DNA of 39,691 nucleotides from Candidatus Ornithomonoglobus sp. (GTDB taxonomy: Bacteria > Bacillota > Clostridia > UBA1381): assembly GCA_051874315.1 (NCBI GenBank), contig JBJEFT010000113.1:1-39691 (forward strand), in the 5' to 3' direction. The notes beneath the pieces were generated by a model that worked only from the letters and a program-made list of their open reading frames with translations, did not search any database and was not told where the DNA came from. Shown here piece after piece: positions 35,098-39,691 of the stretch. A program made the translations under genes and the position numbers. Position 1 is the stretch's first letter; every line of letters begins with the position of its first letter.

Positions 35098-35126
35098 TTG
35101 ACATTTGTATTGAAATATGTTACAAT
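35098..35126 (+). promoter_or_regulatory. Sigma-A-type promoter of the AraC-family regulator gene
   Basis: TTGACA (35098-35103), 17-nt spacer, TACAAT (35121-35126). It lies 20 nt upstream of the GAGGAGGA RBS. Confidence 0.75.
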
Positions 35127-35160
35127 TATATAGGAAATTAAATTTGAGGAGGATATTCTT

Positions 35161-36045
35161 ATGGAGGACTGCGCATTATATTTTGATGATGAATTTTTAG
35201 AGCACTATAACGGCACATATATTGAACATACTTCTGTAACGCACGAAATGCAGCCGGCAAAATGTTCTCAGATGATTTTAGTGTATGTTGCGCACGGCAG
35301 CGGCGAATTTACCACTAAAAATTCAAAGAAAAAATTGGAGGAGGGGGATATTATTCTTATTAATCCTGACCTTACATATCGTATCGTCTCCGACAAAGCC
35401 GACCATTCCATAAGTATGTATGTCTGCGTATTTGACAAAAAAAAGCTCCCCTACAGCTATGAAAAAATCACCAAGCCGTTCCGTGAGCTTTCTCACTTTG
35501 TAAACTACAAACATGAATACATCTATGTCCATGACACTCCGCATTATGATATAAGAAATCTTATGGTTAGTCTTATTGATGAGTTTTCATATGCTCAGCA
35601 GGGCTATGATTACCTCATACGCTGCCGCCTTGTAACCACACTTATAAGCGTATTCCGGCTTTACGCCGCTTTAAAAACCAAAAAAATCCCTCAGAATGAT
35701 AACCATATTGTCGGGTATATGTATAATTACGCAAATCGTCATCTGTACCGCCACACCTCTTTGCAGGAGGTAGCAGATATGCTGAGCTTCGCTCCGCAGT
35801 ATATCTGCACGGTATTTAAAAATACCACGGGACTTACGTTCACGCAGTATATAAATAATCTTCGAGTTGAGAAAATCCGCGACTCGCTTGAGCATACCGA
35901 CCGCCCGATATATATGATTATGGATGATTTTGATTTTTCACCCCGGTATCTTAACAGGCTTTTTAAAAAACATACAGGATATAATTTACAGGAATATAAA
36001 AACAAGTTTAATTATAAAGTAAACAATCCGCTTTATCCGAAGTAA
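35161..36045 (+). CDS. AraC/XylS-family transcriptional regulator (N-terminal cupin-like sensor, C-terminal double HTH)
   Basis: 294 aa, and the only plus-strand gene in the window. The C-terminus, LQEVADMLSFAPQYICTVFKNTTGLTFTQYINNLRVEKIRDSL...FDFSPRYLNRLFKKHTGYNLQEYKNKF, is a typical HTH_AraC pair. The N-terminus has a cupin-like GDIILINPD segment. Confidence 0.92.
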   Translation: MEDCALYFDDEFLEHYNGTYIEHTSVTHEMQPAKCSQMILVYVAHGSGEFTTKNSKKKLEEGDIILINPDLTYRIVSDKADHSISMYVCVFDKKKLPYSYEKITKPFRELSHFVNYKHEYIYVHDTPHYDIRNLMVSLIDEFSYAQQGYDYLIRCRLVTTLISVFRLYAALKTKKIPQNDNHIVGYMYNYANRHLYRHTSLQEVADMLSFAPQYICTVFKNTTGLTFTQYINNLRVEKIRDSLEHTDRPIYMIMDDFDFSPRYLNRLFKKHTGYNLQEYKNKFNYKVNNPLYPK

Positions 36046-36052
36046 CACTGAA

Positions 36053-36094
36053 ACAGCCGATGAGATTTAATTTACCATCGGCTGTTCTTTTTTA
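36053..36094 (+). terminator. Rho-independent terminator after the AraC gene, convergent with the GH31 gene
   Basis: ACAGCCGATG-N13-CATCGGCTGT followed by TCTTTTTTAT. An A-run upstream gives it partial function on the minus strand for GH31. Confidence 0.85.
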
Positions 36095-36137
36095 TCGTAT
36101 TTGCGATTATCAAATTTTTGAACAATATCCATAAGCT

Positions 36138-38093
36138 TTACGCCTGCATGAATATGTCTATAACCTCAGCACCTTTCTTTATAAATACTATAATTTCATC
36201 AATCGCCGCTTTCATGCAGTATTTCCGTCCGCCGTGAAAAGCCTGCCTGTCCCTTGCAAAGATCCATTCCCCCGCGGGAAGATATACTTCTCTTTCCGTC
36301 TGTCCCTGATTTACTATCGGCGCGAAAATAATATCATCTCCGAACATATACTGTTCGCCTGTCTTATAGCACTCCTCATCACAAGGATAATCATAGAACA
36401 TCGGGCGCATAACGGGAACCCCCTGCTCTGAGGCAATCCTCAGATGCTTTTCCGTGTACGGACGCAGTCTTTCGCGCAGCCCGACAAGCGCCTTCAGTAT
36501 TTCAAACACCTCGCCGCCGAAGCTCCACAGCTCATTCTCTCCCCCTGTCGGCTCGATTATATCCCGCGTTCTGTCATGTCCGTTGCGGCTGCCATGCAGT
36601 CTTGTAACAGGGCAGAACACACCGTACTGGAACCATCTCACAATCAGCTCACGGAAGTAATCAGAATTTATATCTCCGCCGTAAAAGCCCCCTATATCGG
36701 TCGTCCACCACGGTATGCCGCACATAGCCATATTAAGCCCCGACTTCACCTGCGATGCAAGACTTTTAAAAGTTGACGGAATGTCGCCCGACCACACAAG
36801 TGTTCCGAATTTCTGCGCGCCGATATATGCACACCGCGAAAGAGTTACTATATCATCTCTGCCTATTTCCTTCATTCCGTCATATGCAAGCTTGGCATAG
36901 TAATACGGATATATGAGTCCAACCTCGTCTCCCCTGCCCTCAAAGAGAATAAGATTATCAAAATGCTCGGGGTGGATTTCCGGCTCCGCCTCATCAAACC
37001 ACAATGCATCCACGCCGTTGTCTATGTAATTCTTCTTCAGTTTATCCCATACAAAGCTTCTTGTTTCGGGATTGGTCGGGTCAATCAGAGCCTGCGGTCC
37101 GTAAAAATCAAACAGCTTGTTGGTTCCGTTCACCGTTCTTATGAGCATATTGTTATCAAGCATTTCGCGGTAGTTTTCGCTATGATTATTTATTGTAGGC
37201 CACACCGATACCATAAGCTTCACGCCCATGTCATGCAGTTCGTCCGCCATCGCTTTTGGATTTGGCCAGTATTTCGGGTCAAACCTGTAATCGCCCTGTT
37301 CCGTCCAATGGAAGTAGTCGATTACAATCACAGACAGCGGTATTCCCAGCTCCTTATACCGTCTTGCAATGCTTAACACCTCATCCTGCGTTTCGTAACG
37401 CAGACGGCTCTGCCACAGACCTGTCGCCCAATGCGGCATAACAGGCGCATGACCTGTTAAATCCGCAAGCGTGCCGCTCACCTCGCGCGGCGTGCCGCCC
37501 ATTACAACATAGTCAAGCTGCCCGGTGCAATCGCTTGTCCATCTTGTGCGGTTATTTGCCAATTCACATCGTCCGGTCGAGGGCATATTCCATAAAAAAC
37601 CGTAGCCCAGTGACGAATATACAAACGGAATTACGCATTTCGCATTTACATGCCGTAAATCTATTGTACAGCCCTTTAAATCAAAGCAGTCCGTAGCCTC
37701 ATGTCCGAGACCGTAAAAGTGTTCGTTTTCATTCGGCTCAAAGGTGACGCGCGCCTTCCATAAGCCGCTTGCGATATTCCTGTAATTTCTTATCTGCGCA
37801 CCAAATGTAAGCTCCGGCTTTTCCTCTATTATTTTCCTGCCGCGATAATAATAAACGACTTTTCCGTTATTATAAATTTCCGCTCTCATATCACCTGTTT
37901 CAAGAATAGCGCGGTTATTCTCAATACGCGCGGATGCCGCCTCATTCTGCGGCATAAGCGTCCGGTTAATATTCTCTATGCAGCAGTTGGGCGACGCTTG
38001 AAAACGTATGCTGTTTCTCCCACATGCCGACAGGCGCACAATTTCGCCCTGACATATAAAATATATTTCATTGTTTTCTATTTTAAAGTCCAT
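36138..38093 (-). CDS. GH31 glycoside hydrolase (alpha-xylosidase / alpha-glucosidase / alpha-galactosidase type), probably cytoplasmic
   Basis: The start is placed at ATG 38093, with AAGGAG upstream; the ORF-track GTG at 38129 has no RBS. GH31 motifs: IVIDYFHW, VDALWFDEAEPE (W-x-D nucleophile motif), LVWSGDIPSTF, WTTDIGGF. No signal peptide. Confidence 0.88.
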   Translation of the reverse strand: MDFKIENNEIYFICQGEIVRLSACGRNSIRFQASPNCCIENINRTLMPQNEAASARIENNRAILETGDMRAEIYNNGKVVYYYRGRKIIEEKPELTFGAQIRNYRNIASGLWKARVTFEPNENEHFYGLGHEATDCFDLKGCTIDLRHVNAKCVIPFVYSSLGYGFLWNMPSTGRCELANNRTRWTSDCTGQLDYVVMGGTPREVSGTLADLTGHAPVMPHWATGLWQSRLRYETQDEVLSIARRYKELGIPLSVIVIDYFHWTEQGDYRFDPKYWPNPKAMADELHDMGVKLMVSVWPTINNHSENYREMLDNNMLIRTVNGTNKLFDFYGPQALIDPTNPETRSFVWDKLKKNYIDNGVDALWFDEAEPEIHPEHFDNLILFEGRGDEVGLIYPYYYAKLAYDGMKEIGRDDIVTLSRCAYIGAQKFGTLVWSGDIPSTFKSLASQVKSGLNMAMCGIPWWTTDIGGFYGGDINSDYFRELIVRWFQYGVFCPVTRLHGSRNGHDRTRDIIEPTGGENELWSFGGEVFEILKALVGLRERLRPYTEKHLRIASEQGVPVMRPMFYDYPCDEECYKTGEQYMFGDDIIFAPIVNQGQTEREVYLPAGEWIFARDRQAFHGGRKYCMKAAIDEIIVFIKKGAEVIDIFMQA

Positions 38094-38137
38094 GATATTA
38101 CCTTGCTCCTTGTGAGATATTATGGTCACTTACGGTT

Positions 38138-39691
38138 TTATGACAAATTTTCAATTTCTACAATCTGTGCGTCGGAGCTTGGCTTCATATTGTCCCATAT
38201 CATAAGTTTTACAGTATATTTACCTTTTCCGGGAAGCTCAAAGCTATCCTGCATGTCATTTAGTTTGAGCGAAACAAGTTTGCCTCCATCATCATAAAGC
38301 GCTACATATATGTTATAGTCGGTTTTACCGCTGACCGAATACTCAACCTTTCCATCCTTCAAAACAGCATTAAGTACAATCGGCAGTGATTGATTGTACA
38401 GCTCTCTCACCTCATCCGCAGTGAATTCCTTATCACTTATAAGCAAATCGTCCGCTGTTCCTTTTAAAGCGTCTGCAGTCCAGAAGGTTGCTCCCATATA
38501 CAGAGATGCCTTATCCGTGGCAAGCATATTGCTGAACTCGCCAATCTTTTCATCATTTACATACAGCGTGCCTACACCGTTCTTTTCAGTATAGGTGTAC
38601 ATTGCCCATTCACCGGCACTGGAATTTTCAGCTTTTATTACCTGATTCCATTTTTGCGATGAGCCATTGTGCTGCCAAACCGTCGCTTTACCTCCCGGCA
38701 CTGTTATACCAACCCAGTGCTGACTATTTTTATCTCCCATATTTTTGAAGAATATTGTAGTCATACCACTTTGACTATCAGCCTTTACCCAAGCCGACAC
38801 AGTAAATTCTCTTCCGACTATTCCAAGGTCAAGCCCATAGCTGCCGTTAAAGGCAACTCCTTTGCCATCCCTGCCCTCTGAATATACAATGCTGCCTCCT
38901 TCAGCAAGAGCTGATGTCACAGTTTCAAGCGTTTTGCTTCCGTCTTCGCTTACCGAATTATTCTCAAAAAGATAAGTTCCCCACATCGGAGCAGGCTTTA
39001 GCTTCATTTGCTTTATAGCATTTTCTATATTATTGCAGGACTTGTTGACGGCGCTTTGACTTGTTCTGTCAGCCGCCTGTATTGCTGCCCTTAACTCGCT
39101 GACTGTTTCATCGGTATATTCTTCCGTCATATATTGCGCCGCTTCACTTATAAGTCTGTCAAGATATGAAGCGTCAATTTCTTCTCCTGTTGTTTCGCTG
39201 ACTATACTTATTTCCTCACCTGTATAATTAAGCGGAGCTATTGAAACAGTGTCTATTTCAGGAGCTGTTGAATTGACAAGCGAGCTGATCTGATATGAAT
39301 TATCGTTATAAATTCTTACGGTATTTTCTCCCGCACTAAGTCTTACGGGTATATCCATCGTTCTGAAAACATCCCAGCTCAAAGTATTTCTGAAATATAC
39401 GGTTTCAGGCTCATTGTCGTTTATCTGTATCTGAGCATACCGCTCAACAAGGTCCAAATTGTACGGATGGACATATTCACTGCCGCCGTCTGTCATCATA
39501 ACAGGCGCGGGCTCATCGTTAGCATATCTTATCGCAAGATTATACAGTCCGCCGGACGACACATTCACCTTGAACTCAGCATAATTATCCTTTGCCTCGC
39601 CGCCTCTTTCGCTGCTCTGACCAACTCCAAGCTCGCTTATAACCATGCCGCTTTCAGCGTATTCATTTTCCTTATAAAACGGAACATAGCC
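38138..39691 (-). CDS. 5'-truncated (runs off the window) secreted-type protein. Order: CBM35/6-like, FIVAR-like helical segment, LamG-like, shared C-terminal module
   Basis: The frame stays open from 39646 to the window edge (...GYVPFYKENEYAESG-MVISELG...), so the ORF-track Met is internal. CBM: GGLYNLAIRYANDE...AGENTVRIYNDN. LamG: FNGSYGLDLG...WAMYTYTEKNGVGTLYVNDEKIG. Confidence 0.85.
   Translation of the reverse strand, partial: GYVPFYKENEYAESGMVISELGVGQSSERGGEAKDNYAEFKVNVSSGGLYNLAIRYANDEPAPVMMTDGGSEYVHPYNLDLVERYAQIQINDNEPETVYFRNTLSWDVFRTMDIPVRLSAGENTVRIYNDNSYQISSLVNSTAPEIDTVSIAPLNYTGEEISIVSETTGEEIDASYLDRLISEAAQYMTEEYTDETVSELRAAIQAADRTSQSAVNKSCNNIENAIKQMKLKPAPMWGTYLFENNSVSEDGSKTLETVTSALAEGGSIVYSEGRDGKGVAFNGSYGLDLGIVGREFTVSAWVKADSQSGMTTIFFKNMGDKNSQHWVGITVPGGKATVWQHNGSSQKWNQVIKAENSSAGEWAMYTYTEKNGVGTLYVNDEKIGEFSNMLATDKASLYMGATFWTADALKGTADDLLISDKEFTADEVRELYNQSLPIVLNAVLKDGKVEYSVSGKTDYNIYVALYDDGGKLVSLKLNDMQDSFELPGKGKYTVKLMIWDNMKPSSDAQIVEIENLS
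38141..38380 (-). other. Shared ~80-aa C-terminal module, copy M6
   Basis: IVLNAVLKDGKVEYSVSGKTDYNIYVALYDDGGKLVSLKLNDMQDSFELPGKGKYTVKLMIWDNMKPSSDAQIVEIENLS, followed by the stop. Confidence 0.8.

Noticed and set aside
1-39691. Plus-strand ORFs of 60-165 aa listed in the ORF track inside the large minus-strand genes. Examples: 13435-13893, 28275-28772, 9510-9926, 15730-16158, 33485-33892.
   Set aside because: They lie antisense to long, motif-rich CAZyme genes. They have low-complexity or odd composition, no RBS and no recognisable motifs. They are typical shadow ORFs.
1-39691. I searched for CRISPR arrays, tRNA or rRNA genes, transposases, integrases, phage genes, and toxin-antitoxin or defence-system genes.
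   Set aside because: I saw no direct-repeat/spacer arrays, no cloverleaf-like or rRNA-like segments in the short intergenic regions, and no ORF with recombinase, transposase or nuclease motifs. Nearly all the coding capacity is accounted for by CAZymes.

Overview
The window is a same-strand (minus) cluster of very large secreted multi-modular carbohydrate-active enzymes, from a low-to-mid-GC Gram-positive (Clostridia-like) genome with strong GGAGG ribosome-binding sites and stem-loop plus U-tract terminators. Read from the translations, it encodes: a cytoplasmic GH43; a 1,680-aa enzyme with two GH43 modules; a PL11 rhamnogalacturonan lyase; a 2,047-aa GH43-GH43-GH51 enzyme; a GH30 with two ricin-B domains; a ~1,964-codon reading frame split by one in-frame TAG (GH-A-like TIM barrel, CBM35-like modules, GH43); a 1,715-aa GH127/146-type beta-L-arabinofuranosidase; a cytoplasmic GH35 beta-galactosidase; a small operon encoding a tandem-repeat secreted protein and a 56-aa peptide; a divergent AraC-family regulator; a GH31; and a 5'-truncated CBM/LamG protein. 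The enzyme mix suggests a locus for type II arabinogalactan, arabinogalactan-protein or pectic side chains. No transporter, mobile element, tRNA, rRNA or CRISPR array was seen. The main observations are: (1) an unassigned ~80-aa module ends six of the secreted proteins and lies internally in one of them; (2) a bipartite 13-bp direct repeat with 21-bp register abuts the -35 box of four promoters next to the AraC gene; (3) the in-frame amber codon; (4) cassette duplication and gene fusion among the giant enzymes. All family calls come from motif recognition by eye, not from database searches.
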